Positions 32,402 through 43,206 are shown, counted from the first letter of the stretch. The stretch: 64,000 nt of DNA from Polyangiaceae bacterium (GCA_050287085.1 JBNKBE010000024.1:30283-94282), one strand, 5' to 3'. Translations and numbers: made by a program. The notes: a model not told the origin generated them from the sequence alone.

Positions 32402-34465
32402 CTAGGTCTCCCAGGCCACCGCGGTGTCTCGGTACTGGAGGAAGAAGCCCTTCTTCACCTGCGCGTGGAGGTACTTACCGCAGGGTTTGTGGGCCTTCTC
32501 GATCTCCTTGATGGCGCGGTTGATGGCCTTGGTCACGGCGTCCCGAGCCCGCTTCTGGTCTGGATTCTCGCGGCGCTTCTTGCCCCCGGCGCCGGTCTCG
32601 GCAGAGAGATACTGCGCGAGCTGTGCGATCTGGTCGTCGAACTTGGCGACGGCGTCCATGTCGCAGAACTCCTCGGCCTCGTCGCGCTGTTCCTTCAGCT
32701 TCTCGTAGGCCTCGCGGACGTTCTTGATCGTCTCGTCGTCCGCCCCAAGTGCAGTGGCCATCGGTCTGGATGCCGCCGTGTTGCCCTCTTCGATGTCGAT
32801 GAGCGCGAAGGCGTCGAGGGTCTCTCCGGGGCGCTGCAAGAGCGTGTGTAGATAGGTGAGTCCCTTCTGTGGGCTCAGCGAGAACGGCTTGCCCCCGCGG
32901 AAGCGCACCGTCCAGTTCTGCCCGAATTTGCGGAAGACGTACTCGCTCTCCACCTGAAGTGCTGGGTCAGCGTCGAACGACGGATCCGTTCCGGGTGCCT
33001 GCTGGCCCCGCGCGAACAGGATTGCCGGCAAGGAGTCCGGCGACAGCGAGCCCGGCGTGCGGATGCACTTCGCCATCTTCGCCAGCGTCTCGGAGATCAC
33101 TCGCCCGACGTCTGTGCCGTGGCGCTTGTGCATCTCGAAGATGTTCTTCGACACGGTGTCGCCGTCGTTCCCGGACAACTCCATCATGGCTGGGATGGCC
33201 CGGGCAGCCTCGCCGAAGCTGCCGAGGAACTGGTCGGCGTTGGCAAAGCTGGTGAACTGGTCGGCAGCATCGATGTAGTCGAGCACCAGCGCCCGATCGC
33301 CGTCCTTCTTCCACTCGCCCTTGATGAGGTCGACCTCGTAGCCTTCTTCGGGGTCCTCGTTGTCGAGCCCTCGAGCCAGGACGGAGAAGCGGCGGTCGAT
33401 GCACTGCGAGCATACGCCGCAGTGAGGGTGCATCGTGCTGCTTCGGTGGACGTGGGCACAGCTCACGGTGTGGCGCAGCATCCCTGCGGCGCCGGCGTCG
33501 TTGATGACGTCCAGCACCTCGGCGCGCGTCTTGAGCTCGAACGGGTTCTCGACCGCCATCGGCTTGCCCCGAGCCAACCCGAGAATCTTGGCGAAGCCGA
33601 GCAACACCCGGGGGTGGGTGGTCCGAGTCGCACGCGCACCAACGATCTGAGGAGAGATGGGCAGATTGAAGCTCGTCGTGCCGTTCTCGTAGAACCGGAT
33701 CTTGTCGTGGCCGATGATGTGGGCGACGGTGCCGGCCATCGCGGCGTAGAGGAACGAACGCGAGCGCTGCGTTCGCTCCTTCCGTAGGGCCTTGTCGTGC
33801 TTGTGGACCTGGATGCCGACGTGCGGGATGCCGTTGCGCGACGACCAGGTCTGCAGATCACTGACCAGCTCGCGCTGGGTCTTCCAGGTCTTCGACGCGC
33901 TCCGGTGGCTGACGAGTACCGGGCTCTGCTTGTCGATGGCGAGCGCCTGCACCGCGCCGCCGAACGAGTCCATTCCGCCCGAGAAGAGCTGAACGACGTC
34001 GATGTCTTTCCAACCCCCGACCAACGGCTCGCCATTGGGCCCAGTGAACTTGAGCTGCTCGGGTTCTCGGTTCGCCAGCGCCTCGAACTCGAAGGTGTAG
34101 CTGTCGTCGGAGAGGAAGCCGAGCGTCGACTGGAGGGCCTCGACCATCTCCTGCGAGTTCCATAGGTCGGGCTCCTCGACGGCGACCACGAAGTGCAGGT
34201 CGCGGCGCCAGTTGTCGCCCAGGTCGATGCGATCAGCATCACCTCGCGGGAACGCCTGGTCGGCCGCGATGACGTACGAGGCCACCCGCACGAGGTCCTT
34301 CATCACCGGTGGGATGTTCGCGATCAGATTGCTGGCCAGCCCCTCGATGTCGACGGTGAGGTTGGCGTCCGGCCCCGACACCGCGAGGCGCAACGCATCC
34401 TCAGGCGCAGAGGCGTGATTCGCCCCGCCACAGAGGATCCAGCGCTCGCCCGCGGAGGAGCTCAT
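32402..34465 (-). CDS. QueC-family PP-loop protein (QatC-like) fused to C-terminal winged-HTH-like domain
   Basis: LFSGGMDS PP-loop, ERTQRSRSFLY, TRTTHP, NPFELKT, SCAH..HCGVCSQCIDRR Zn site; C-term KGLTYLHTLLQRPG..RARDAVTKAINRAI. Confidence 0.8.
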   Translation of the reverse strand: MSSSAGERWILCGGANHASAPEDALRLAVSGPDANLTVDIEGLASNLIANIPPVMKDLVRVASYVIAADQAFPRGDADRIDLGDNWRRDLHFVVAVEEPDLWNSQEMVEALQSTLGFLSDDSYTFEFEALANREPEQLKFTGPNGEPLVGGWKDIDVVQLFSGGMDSFGGAVQALAIDKQSPVLVSHRSASKTWKTQRELVSDLQTWSSRNGIPHVGIQVHKHDKALRKERTQRSRSFLYAAMAGTVAHIIGHDKIRFYENGTTSFNLPISPQIVGARATRTTHPRVLLGFAKILGLARGKPMAVENPFELKTRAEVLDVINDAGAAGMLRHTVSCAHVHRSSTMHPHCGVCSQCIDRRFSVLARGLDNEDPEEGYEVDLIKGEWKKDGDRALVLDYIDAADQFTSFANADQFLGSFGEAARAIPAMMELSGNDGDTVSKNIFEMHKRHGTDVGRVISETLAKMAKCIRTPGSLSPDSLPAILFARGQQAPGTDPSFDADPALQVESEYVFRKFGQNWTVRFRGGKPFSLSPQKGLTYLHTLLQRPGETLDAFALIDIEEGNTAASRPMATALGADDETIKNVREAYEKLKEQRDEAEEFCDMDAVAKFDDQIAQLAQYLSAETGAGGKKRRENPDQKRARDAVTKAINRAIKEIEKAHKPCGKYLHAQVKKGFFLQYRDTAVAWET

Positions 34466-35232
34466 GCATCCCCCCTCCGCAGCTCAAGCCGCATTTTCTT
34501 GAGCGCGTAGCCGACGAAGCGCGCGGTTCGGTCCTCGGTGAGGTCCTTCTCGAAGCGCGCCTTCGAGTACCAGGTGCCAGCGAACTTCTCGACGATCTTC
34601 GAGGCCTGCTTGCAGTGAAGGTCGAGGGCTTCGTTGAATCGGCGCTGCTCGGCGGCGCTGCCAAATCGTTTGTCGGGGCCGACGTGCTGCGGGAGCTCGC
34701 GACTGACGTAGTAGGTCAAGAAGCGCTGCGCGAAGCGGGCGAAGAAGTCGCGAGCGACCGTGCCGAACTGCTTCTCAGTGGCGAGCTTGGAGACCTCACG
34801 GCGGACGTCATCTGGGGTCGAGCCGAAGAGGCTCTGGGTGCGACCGCTGACGAGCGATGCGAGCGTCTCGACCGCGGCCGACTGCGCCATGTCGCCGAGG
34901 TCGGTGCGTCGCCTCGTGCTGTTGATGTGGCGGTCGATGGCGTCGGAAAGCGCCGCAGACAGCTCGGCCGTCGATGGCGAGGCCGATACGTCGATTCCCA
35001 GGCCCCGAAGAGCCGACGCGAAGTCTTCACTACGTGCGGCATCAGGGAGCTGGGTCAGCAGATAGAACGAGCGCAGGACACCGGGGTCGGATGCAGCGCG
35101 GGCGAGGTCACCTTCGGCTGCATCGAGGGTCGCGGAGGCCACCGCCGCGGAGCTCGCGCTGCCACCGATGAGCTCAACGACCTCGTTCCACCGCTTTGTG
35201 CGCGGGAGCCTGCCGAGGCGGATGTGTCCCAT
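34462..35232 (-). CDS. Helical partner protein with N-terminal Gly (MGHIRLG..), QatB-like by context
   Basis: Coupled on both sides (TGATG with repressor, ATGA with QueC-like gene); all-alpha pattern; assignment by analogy only. Confidence 0.6.
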   Translation of the reverse strand: MGHIRLGRLPRTKRWNEVVELIGGSASSAAVASATLDAAEGDLARAASDPGVLRSFYLLTQLPDAARSEDFASALRGLGIDVSASPSTAELSAALSDAIDRHINSTRRRTDLGDMAQSAAVETLASLVSGRTQSLFGSTPDDVRREVSKLATEKQFGTVARDFFARFAQRFLTYYVSRELPQHVGPDKRFGSAAEQRRFNEALDLHCKQASKIVEKFAGTWYSKARFEKDLTEDRTARFVGYALKKMRLELRRGDA

Positions 35233-35804
35233 CAGCGAGCCTCCTTGCCGCGGAGATTCCGCCGAACCTCGATCACCTTGCCGATCACCTCGGGCCCGCC
35301 GGGTCCGGTGGCGCGCACGAGGTTGGCGGCGCTCTTGGATGCTGCGGCCAGGACGATGTCCCCCGCGACGACCGCCACGCCACGAGCGACGATCACAACG
35401 TCACCCACAGCGATGTCCGGCGACGGTGCCTTGAGCTGTTCCGTGACCCGCACCGCGAAGAGCTCCTCGTCGCCGTCATCGACCGTGATCCAGCCGTCGA
35501 CGTCCTTGGTGAGCGCCGCCCGCTTGCGCAGCGGCGGCTTGGCGACGATGGGCACCTTGCGGATCCCGGGCCCAGTCTCCTCGTCCGGCAGGCGGCCGGT
35601 TGGCTTCCAGCTACGGCCCGTCCCCTCCTCGTGGTCGACGAAGCCCTTCTTCTTCAGCGCCACCAGATGCTGGTAGGCCGTGGACCGGCCCACCGCGATG
35701 GCCTCAGCCACGTCGGCGACGCTCGGCGCCATGCCGCGCTCGCGCCAGAACCGCTCGACCACCTCGAGCACGGTTCTCTGCTTGTCGGTCAGCCCCCGTG
35801 CCAT
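35232..35804 (-). CDS. LexA-like repressor with degenerate S24 domain
   Basis: LTDKQRTVL..PSVADVA..STAYQHLVALKKKGFV LexA wHTH; C-term FAVRV..GDVVIV..VIGKV but no Ala-Gly site or GDSM. Confidence 0.8.
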   Translation of the reverse strand: MARGLTDKQRTVLEVVERFWRERGMAPSVADVAEAIAVGRSTAYQHLVALKKKGFVDHEEGTGRSWKPTGRLPDEETGPGIRKVPIVAKPPLRKRAALTKDVDGWITVDDGDEELFAVRVTEQLKAPSPDIAVGDVVIVARGVAVVAGDIVLAAASKSAANLVRATGPGGPEVIGKVIEVRRNLRGKEAR

Positions 35805-35814
35805 CCCTGGAAAC

Positions 35815-35849
35815 TACCGAACAAATGTCCGTGCATCAAATGTTCGGTA
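35815..35849. promoter_or_regulatory. Candidate repressor operator(s)
   Basis: Perfect IR TACCGAACA-N17-TGTTCGGTA containing two tandem Cheo-like boxes, CGAAC-AAAT-GTCCG and GCATC-AAAT-GTTCG, about 10 nt upstream of the lexA-like ATG. Confidence 0.65.
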
Positions 35850-35856
35850 TTTGGAT

Positions 35857-36142
35857 GTGGACGGGACCGTGGCCGCCCGTGGACAGGTTGGCGGCCGCGG
35901 GCTTCCGTCACGATTCCGGGTGGTTGAGCCCAGTGGACGGTGTGGACGGCTTTGTGCGACCAGGGAGCAGCTTGCAGAGAGCCGTTGATTTGCTCGCCGG
36001 AGCACGCCTGTGTGGGCACCCGTTCTCTTCGTAGAAGTGAGAGAAGAATCTTGTCCATCCTGTCCACACAGACTCAACCGGCTGAATCGGCTCCGGTTTT
36101 TCCGGGACAGGGTGCGCGTCCACAGGCGTCCACCGTGTCCAC
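35857..36142. repeat. Degenerate ~90-bp inverted repeat built of GTGGAC iterons; candidate replication origin
   Basis: Left arm GTGGAC x4 + CGATTC + GGTTGAG mirrored by CTCAACC, GAATCG and GTCCAC x4 in the right arm. Confidence 0.6.
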
Positions 36143-36166
36143 GGCGCCCTCGGCGCCGATGCCGTC

Positions 36167-36196
36167 GTCCCCTCTCGTCGTCGCCGTCGCTTTGCC
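36167..36196 (+). promoter_or_regulatory. Phage motif GTCCCC-N16-GCTTTGCC
   Basis: Exact 16-nt spacing, about 30 nt before ATG 36226. Confidence 0.75.
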
Positions 36197-36225
36197 CCTC
36201 CGGACACATGCACCGGAGGTTCTCC

Positions 36226-36396
36226 ATGAAAAGCGCTCTGCCGATTGAGGCCCGTCGCCCGGCCCGTGAGGAGGTGGTCGACATCCTGGCCGCCACCCTG
36301 ATCCAAATGCTCGCCCGCGGTCTCGAACCCAACCGCGGCGACGAACCCGACAAGGAGGAACCGGCGGCTGAGGCCGAGGCCGACCCATGTCACTGA
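36226..36396 (+). CDS. Small hypothetical protein (56 aa)
   Basis: SD GGAGG; overlaps the next gene. Confidence 0.6.
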   Translation: MKSALPIEARRPAREEVVDILAATLIQMLARGLEPNRGDEPDKEEPAAEAEADPCH

Positions 36397-36968
36397 AGGC
36401 TCGGCTCGCCGTCGTGGAGCAGCCCGCCGCGCCCGCGACGTTCAGCTGTCCCGACTACGACCCGCCGCCCGGGTCGAAGCGGTGTCGCAGCTATCTCGGC
36501 AACGGCAGCTGCGCTCGCGACGACCACTTCATGTGCGAGGAGTGGATGAAGGCGAACGGCCACGCCGTGCCCGCTCCGCTCGAGGCGAAGCCCGAGCCCG
36601 CGCGCGACCTCTTCGGCAACCCGCTCCCCGAGGAGCCGCCGCCGAAGAAGCCCGAGAAGGTGACGCCACCACCGGCGCCCAAGCCCGCTCCGATCGCGGT
36701 GCCATCAACGACCGACCGTGACGCCGTCCTCGTGCGCAACCTGACCGACGAGGACATCGCGTCGTTCAAGGCGCTCGGGGTCGAGGTCTGTCTCGCGTCC
36801 GAAGAGATCGGCGAGGTGTGGATCGTGCCCGAGTACACCGAGCAGGAGCGACGAGAGCTGCGCATCGATCACGCCGCGACCCTCACGGCCGTCTGCGCTG
36901 CGTTCCCGGGCGCCAAGGTCACCTCGTTCGAGAAGCTCGCGAAGGCCGAGGGCCCGAAGCCGACCTGA
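36387..36968 (+). CDS. Hypothetical protein with Cys-rich N-term and Pro-rich linker
   Basis: Open frame with phage-like codon usage. Confidence 0.65.
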   Translation: MSLKARLAVVEQPAAPATFSCPDYDPPPGSKRCRSYLGNGSCARDDHFMCEEWMKANGHAVPAPLEAKPEPARDLFGNPLPEEPPPKKPEKVTPPPAPKPAPIAVPSTTDRDAVLVRNLTDEDIASFKALGVEVCLASEEIGEVWIVPEYTEQERRELRIDHAATLTAVCAAFPGAKVTSFEKLAKAEGPKPT

Positions 36969-36971
36969 GCT

Positions 36972-37001
36972 GTCCCCGGCGGTCTTCGTCGGCGCTTTGC
37001 C
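36972..37001 (+). promoter_or_regulatory. Phage motif GTCCCC-N16-GCTTTGCC
   Basis: Intergenic, exact spacing, 30 nt before ATG 37032. Confidence 0.75.
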
Positions 37002-37031
37002 CTGGTGGCGACCACCACCGGAGGCAAGCGA

Positions 37032-38192
37032 ATGACCCGTCTGAGCTTCAGCAAGCTGTCCAGGTACGAGACGTGCCCGCTCTCGTACAAGCTGCACTAC
37101 CTCGACCGGCTCAAGTCCGAGCCCGGCGTTCCGCTCTTGTTCGGCTCGGCCGTGCACGCGGTGCTCGAAGGCCTCGTGCTCGAGCACGTGCGAGAAGAAC
37201 GCGTCGGCGCGCTGTCGGAGGACCGCGCCGCCGAGCTTTGGCAGGAGGCGTGGGCAAAGTCCGGCATGTCCGGCCTCGACGTGTTCCGCGAGGGGCTCGA
37301 GCTGGTGCACCGCTTCGTTCGCGAGCAGGGCATCCTCGATCACCACGACGTGCTCGCCGTCGAGAAGGAGTTCCGGCTCACCATCGGCGGCTTCCAGGTC
37401 ATCGGCTACCTCGATCGCGTCGATCGGGTCGACGACGAGACCGTGGAAGTCATCGACTACAAGACCAATCGCCAGCTGTTCACCCGCGAGGAGACCGACG
37501 CCAGCCTGCAGATGTCGCTCTATCACCTGGCCGCGCAGGAGCTGTGGCCGTGGGCGAAGAAAGTGCGGCTGACGTTTTGGATGTTGCGCCATGGGCTGCG
37601 GCAGACCACCGAGCGCAGCGCCGAAGACATCGAGGGCACGCGCCGCTACGTGGACACCCTCGGCACCACAATCGCCAAGGCCCGCGAGTTCCCCGCTCGC
37701 CTGAACTCGAACTGCATCTACTGCGATCACCGGCAGCACTGTCCGGCCTACGCCGACGCGCTGCAGGGCAAGCGCGAGTTCATCTGCGAGGACACGAGCG
37801 ACCTCGAAGCGGTCGCCAAGGAGCGTGAGGAGGTCGCGCGTCTCGCCAAGGTGCTCTACGCCCGCAAGGGCGAGCTGGAGGGTGTGCTCAAGACCGCACT
37901 CAAGGAGCACGACGAGCTGGTGCTGGGCGGCGTCCGCTACACCATGTTCAAGACCAGCAAGAGCGACTACCCGCTCGGCCGCACGCTCGCGGTGCTCGGT
38001 GAGGCCACCGGGCTCGACCGGGAAGCGCTGCTCGAACGCATCGTCTCGGTCGACAACAAGGCCCTCGAAGGCCTGCTCAAAGAGCTGGGCAAGTCGATGG
38101 AGCGCCCGCGGGTGAACCTGCTGAAGGCCGAGCTCGACGCCATCGCCGAGAAGACCCACTCGCCGCGCTTCTGGGCCAAGGAGGTGGCGTGA
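37032..38192 (+). CDS. RecB-family PD-(D/E)XK exonuclease (Fe-S, Cas4-like)
   Basis: LSFSKL..CP, GSAVH, VEKEF, GYLDRVD, VIDYKT, QMSLY, CIYC..HCP. Confidence 0.85.
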   Translation: MTRLSFSKLSRYETCPLSYKLHYLDRLKSEPGVPLLFGSAVHAVLEGLVLEHVREERVGALSEDRAAELWQEAWAKSGMSGLDVFREGLELVHRFVREQGILDHHDVLAVEKEFRLTIGGFQVIGYLDRVDRVDDETVEVIDYKTNRQLFTREETDASLQMSLYHLAAQELWPWAKKVRLTFWMLRHGLRQTTERSAEDIEGTRRYVDTLGTTIAKAREFPARLNSNCIYCDHRQHCPAYADALQGKREFICEDTSDLEAVAKEREEVARLAKVLYARKGELEGVLKTALKEHDELVLGGVRYTMFKTSKSDYPLGRTLAVLGEATGLDREALLERIVSVDNKALEGLLKELGKSMERPRVNLLKAELDAIAEKTHSPRFWAKEVA

Positions 38193-39247
38193 TGCGCCCG
38201 CTGGTGTTCGTCGACTGCGAGACCACCGGACTCGACCCGTCTCGCCACGAGTTGATCGAGGTAGCGGTCCTCCGCGTTCACCCGCAGACGCTGGTCGTCG
38301 AGACCGAGCTCGCGCTCAAGGTCCGCCCCGAGCGCATCGAGGACGCGGACCCTGAGGCGCTGCGCATCAACGGCTACAGCGAAGAAGCCTGGACCGATGC
38401 TGTGTCCCTCGACGAGGCGATGGCCCAGCTGGCTCCGGTGCTCGAAGGGGCGATGCTCGCCGGCCACAACGTTGCCTTCGACCGCGGCTTCCTGGACGCC
38501 GCCTGGACGCGGGTCGGTCACCGCCCGGAGAACCTCGACCACCACCTGCTCGACACGGCGACCCTGGCGTGGCCGCTGCTGTCGTCGGGAACGCTCGACT
38601 CGGTGTCGCTGACGCCGGTGTGCAAGCACCTCGGCATCGAGCGCGGCGAGGAGCACTGGGCCCTCGACGATGCCCGGGCCAGCCTGGAGGTCGCACGACG
38701 TCTGCTTCCCGTCATGGAGGACTACGCCCAGCTCTCGGCGTTCGCCGGAGACGAGCGCGCCATCTTCCGCACGCTGCTTCGCCGCATCGACGTCGGCCGC
38801 GGTCACTACGGGCCGTGGAAGGCCGACGATGGTCGGCAGTACCTGCGCGAGGCGCTGGCCGAGGTCCTCGATGCGCTCCACTACTGCGCCGCCGAGCTGG
38901 TGCGCCTGGACAAGCGTCGCCAGGTGCCGGGCTTTCGCACACGCCGGGTCTACGTCTGCCACCCCTACCGCAACGCGCCGGCCGAGAACGTCGAGCGGGT
39001 GACCGAGATCTGCAAGGCGCTCTCGGCCAGCGGTCACCTGCCGGTCGCGCCGCAGCTCTACCTGCCGCAGTTCATGGACGAGGCGACCGAGCGTGAGCAG
39101 GCCGTCGCCGTGTGCCTCGAGCTGCTCGACGCCAGCGACGAGGTGCGGGTCTACGGGCGGTCGATCACCGCCGGCATGCGGCTGGAGATCGAGCGAGCCG
39201 AGGCCCGCGGCATCCCCGTGCGTTTCGTGGACGCGGAGACGGTGTGA
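38192..39247 (+). CDS. DEDDh 3'-5' exonuclease fused to MazG-like and NDT/DUF4406-like domains
   Basis: VDCETTG, HNVAFD, DT, HWALDDA; middle [19 protein letters not shown]-term [18 protein letters not shown]. Confidence 0.75.
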   Translation: MRPLVFVDCETTGLDPSRHELIEVAVLRVHPQTLVVETELALKVRPERIEDADPEALRINGYSEEAWTDAVSLDEAMAQLAPVLEGAMLAGHNVAFDRGFLDAAWTRVGHRPENLDHHLLDTATLAWPLLSSGTLDSVSLTPVCKHLGIERGEEHWALDDARASLEVARRLLPVMEDYAQLSAFAGDERAIFRTLLRRIDVGRGHYGPWKADDGRQYLREALAEVLDALHYCAAELVRLDKRRQVPGFRTRRVYVCHPYRNAPAENVERVTEICKALSASGHLPVAPQLYLPQFMDEATEREQAVAVCLELLDASDEVRVYGRSITAGMRLEIERAEARGIPVRFVDAETV

Positions 39248-39258
39248 TGGGAGGCGCC

Positions 39259-39585
39259 ATGTCGCGACGCAAGGGAGCCACCTTCGAGCGCGAGCTGGTC
39301 TGGCGCTTCCGCGAGGTGATGCCCGGCGCCGAAGTGAAGCGCGGGCTCCAATCGCGCTCCGGTGAGGAGGTCGCCGACGTGGACTGCCCGGTGTTCTGGA
39401 TCGAGGCCAAGCGCGGTCGAAAGCCCAACGTCCGCGCTGCCCTCAAGCAAGCCGAGGCGAGCGCGCCCAAGGGCCGCATCCCGGTGGCCGTCATTCGCGA
39501 CGACCGGGCCGCCGCCTTCGTGGCGCTCTCCCTCGAAGACTTCCTCGAGCTCGTCCGCGAGTGGTGGGAGCTGTCACGACGATGA
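39259..39585 (+). CDS. PD-(D/E)XK Holliday-junction resolvase-like nuclease
   Basis: [22 protein letters not shown]. Confidence 0.75.
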   Translation: MSRRKGATFERELVWRFREVMPGAEVKRGLQSRSGEEVADVDCPVFWIEAKRGRKPNVRAALKQAEASAPKGRIPVAVIRDDRAAAFVALSLEDFLELVREWWELSRR

Positions 39586-40424
39586 GCAAGAACGACTCCG
39601 AGAGCACCGGCAACGCCATCGGTCGCCCGAAGAAGGGCGAAGGCCCGCGCATCCCGTACTCGGAGCTCGACCGCATCCTGGTGTTCGGCGAGGTGGTCGA
39701 GTGCGACGACGGCAAGGGCACCACGGTGGTCTACCCGTCGTATCGCGACCTCGGTCGGCGCTATGGCGTCTCGCACAGCCTGATCGCCGACTTCGCCAAG
39801 AAGCACAACTGCATGCGCCGGCGCGAGGTTGCCCAGGCCCGCATCGCCGAGAAGACCGACCAGAAGCTCATCGAGATGCGCGCCCAGTCGCTGGCCATGT
39901 CCAAGGACGACGAGCTGCGCATCATCGACACCTACCTGGCCGGCTTCGAGAAGGCGCTCTCCGACGGGCGCGTGCGCTTCGACAACCCCGCCGACTTCAA
40001 CACCATGGTCCGGCTCAAGGAGTTCGTGCAGGGCGGCGCCGACTCGCGACAGGAGGTCCACGCCGTGCTCTCGCTCGAGGAACTGCAGGTGCGGCATCGC
40101 CGGATGATGAAGTCCATCGAGGCGAACCAAACAGCCGAGCTCGATGAAGTGACCGCTGCCGGTGGAGTGCTCGATGTTGGTGAACAAGAATCGCCCGTAA
40201 ACTCCCCGCCGCCCGCCTTCGACGAAGCCTCCGGGGAAGTGACCGGTCAGTGGGTGGAAGGGACCACGGCCGGCGACGACGGCCCACGTGCCGCGGTCGA
40301 GGGCGAGCCCGACGACGACCCCGAGCTCGGCGAACGCGGCCGACACGCGGCCAACGTCGGCCACACGCGGGGCGACACCGCGGCGAGCTGGGACGACGAG
40401 GACGACGACGAGCCCGAGGAGTGA
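39582..40424 (+). CDS. HTH protein, probable terminase small subunit
   Basis: GRP motif, [19 protein letters not shown], acidic tail; precedes terL. Confidence 0.5.
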   Translation: MSKNDSESTGNAIGRPKKGEGPRIPYSELDRILVFGEVVECDDGKGTTVVYPSYRDLGRRYGVSHSLIADFAKKHNCMRRREVAQARIAEKTDQKLIEMRAQSLAMSKDDELRIIDTYLAGFEKALSDGRVRFDNPADFNTMVRLKEFVQGGADSRQEVHAVLSLEELQVRHRRMMKSIEANQTAELDEVTAAGGVLDVGEQESPVNSPPPAFDEASGEVTGQWVEGTTAGDDGPRAAVEGEPDDDPELGERGRHAANVGHTRGDTAASWDDEDDDEPEE

Positions 40425-40859
40425 GCCGTGCCGCGCCGTCCACCACCACCGCGGCCGACTCCGGCAACTGACCGCGTGCAGTTCCTCGCCGAACATCGCC
40501 GCCCCGAACACCGCCGAGACGTGCAGAAAGCGGCGGTTCGCGGCGCACGGGCGTTAGCGTTCTCGGGGAGTTGCGCGTGCCCATCGCCGGCCCCGTCGCC
40601 GAGCTCGACCGCCGCTTTCCTCGATCCGTCACCCGGACCGCGGCCGCCCATCACCACGATGGAGGCATGCGCCTACCCCCGGGGGGCGGGTCCGACTTTC
40701 GCCGCACCAACCCGACAGCCCAAGGGTTCCCGGGGCCGTTTCCGACAGCGGCTGTTCTGGGAAAGTGGACAGGGGTGCGCGTGGAAACTGACCGCTCACT
40801 TCTCGCGGTCAGCTCACGGGTCGCGGTCACTTTCGTTGTGCAAGTGGGTCGCGGATCGC

Positions 40860-41474
40860 TCAGCAAGGCAGGTCGAGGACGGCGCGCACCAGGTCTTCGT
40901 CGCTCGGGTGGGCGTAGATGCTGGTCGTCAGGATCGACTTGTGCCGGGCGAAACGCTGGGTCACCCGGATGTCCTTGGTGCGTCGGTAGAGGTTCGAACA
41001 GGCCGTGTGGCGAAGCGCGTGGAAGTTCAGCCGGCGCTCGAAGCCGGCACGCTCCTGCCAGACGTGGAAGACCTCCCGGAGCTGGCGCGCCGACAGTCGG
41101 TTGCCCCGGCGGCTGACGAACACCGGAGCGTCCCGGTCGAGGCTCTCACCGGCGCTGCGCTTCCACCGGTAGAAGCGATCGAGCTTGGCCCGGACGGCGT
41201 CGGGCAGCACCACCTCCTGGGTCGCCAGGCTGTCGCTGCTGCGCTTGAACACCCGCAGCACCAGCCGTCGCCGTGCCTTGCCCCCGTCGAAGACGTCGCC
41301 GACGTCGAGGGCGAGCAGCTCGTGCTCGCGAAGGCCGGTTCCAAGGGCGAGGCTGAAGATCACGTGGTCCCGGAACCCGGCTTTGTGCTCGCCCGTCGCC
41401 TTCAAGAGGCGCCGCTGCTCCACCTCGGTCAGCGTGCGCGGCGGGGTTCGGATGTTGTCTGCGTAGGTCGCCAT
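40860..41474 (-). CDS. Minimal tyrosine recombinase (catalytic domain only, 204 aa)
   Basis: TGLREHE (R), K, FHALRH, ARHKS, TSIY catalytic set. Confidence 0.88.
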   Translation of the reverse strand: MATYADNIRTPPRTLTEVEQRRLLKATGEHKAGFRDHVIFSLALGTGLREHELLALDVGDVFDGGKARRRLVLRVFKRSSDSLATQEVVLPDAVRAKLDRFYRWKRSAGESLDRDAPVFVSRRGNRLSARQLREVFHVWQERAGFERRLNFHALRHTACSNLYRRTKDIRVTQRFARHKSILTTSIYAHPSDEDLVRAVLDLPC

Positions 41475-41566
41475 GGGTGCTGCTCCTTGCGAGCGTCGGT
41501 GCTCATCCCATGCAGGCGTCCTTTCGCCGCAAAGGCAAGGGAAGCGGCGGTGTCCCGGAGGGCGTC

Positions 41567-43003
<1,437 letters not shown>

Positions 43004-43176
43004 GTCCCTGCGCGCAGAAAGTCACGGAAAACGTTACTTACTGCGACTGCGCGCTTCGGTGCGCTGGTCATCGCGAGCTGGTCCGGCGCGGATGTTGTCC
43101 CGGATCGGCATGTTGCACGATGCGGACAACAGCGCTTTTCCGGACAACACCTGCGGCTCGTGGTCGGCCTGACATT

Positions 43177-43206
43177 GTCCCCGCGGAGCCCGTCCCACGC
43201 TTTGCC
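43177..43206 (+). promoter_or_regulatory. Phage motif GTCCCC-N16-GCTTTGCC
   Basis: Intergenic, exact spacing, about 40 nt before ATG 43246. Confidence 0.75.

Noticed and set aside
32402..34465. QueC as part of queuosine synthesis or a Dpd DNA 7-deazaguanine modification cluster
   Set aside because: No folE/queD/queE/dpdA nearby; length, extra N- and C-terminal domains and RSRSFL/TRTTHP motifs fit the QatC-like clade better.
37032..38192. Cas4-like nuclease suggesting CRISPR-Cas
   Set aside because: No cas1/cas2 and no repeat-spacer array seen in the window; solo RecB/Cas4-like exonucleases are ordinary phage recombination genes.
40489..40512. Two CCGAACA words resembling the repressor half-site
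   Set aside because: Direct repeats without the matching GTTCG half; too weak to call an operator.
40670..40760. Lambda cos-like words (GGGTTCC..TCCGACAG) and CCCCCCGGGGGG palindrome before terL
   Set aside because: Short matches in GC-rich DNA; the terminase looks Mu/headful-type, so a cos site cannot be supported.
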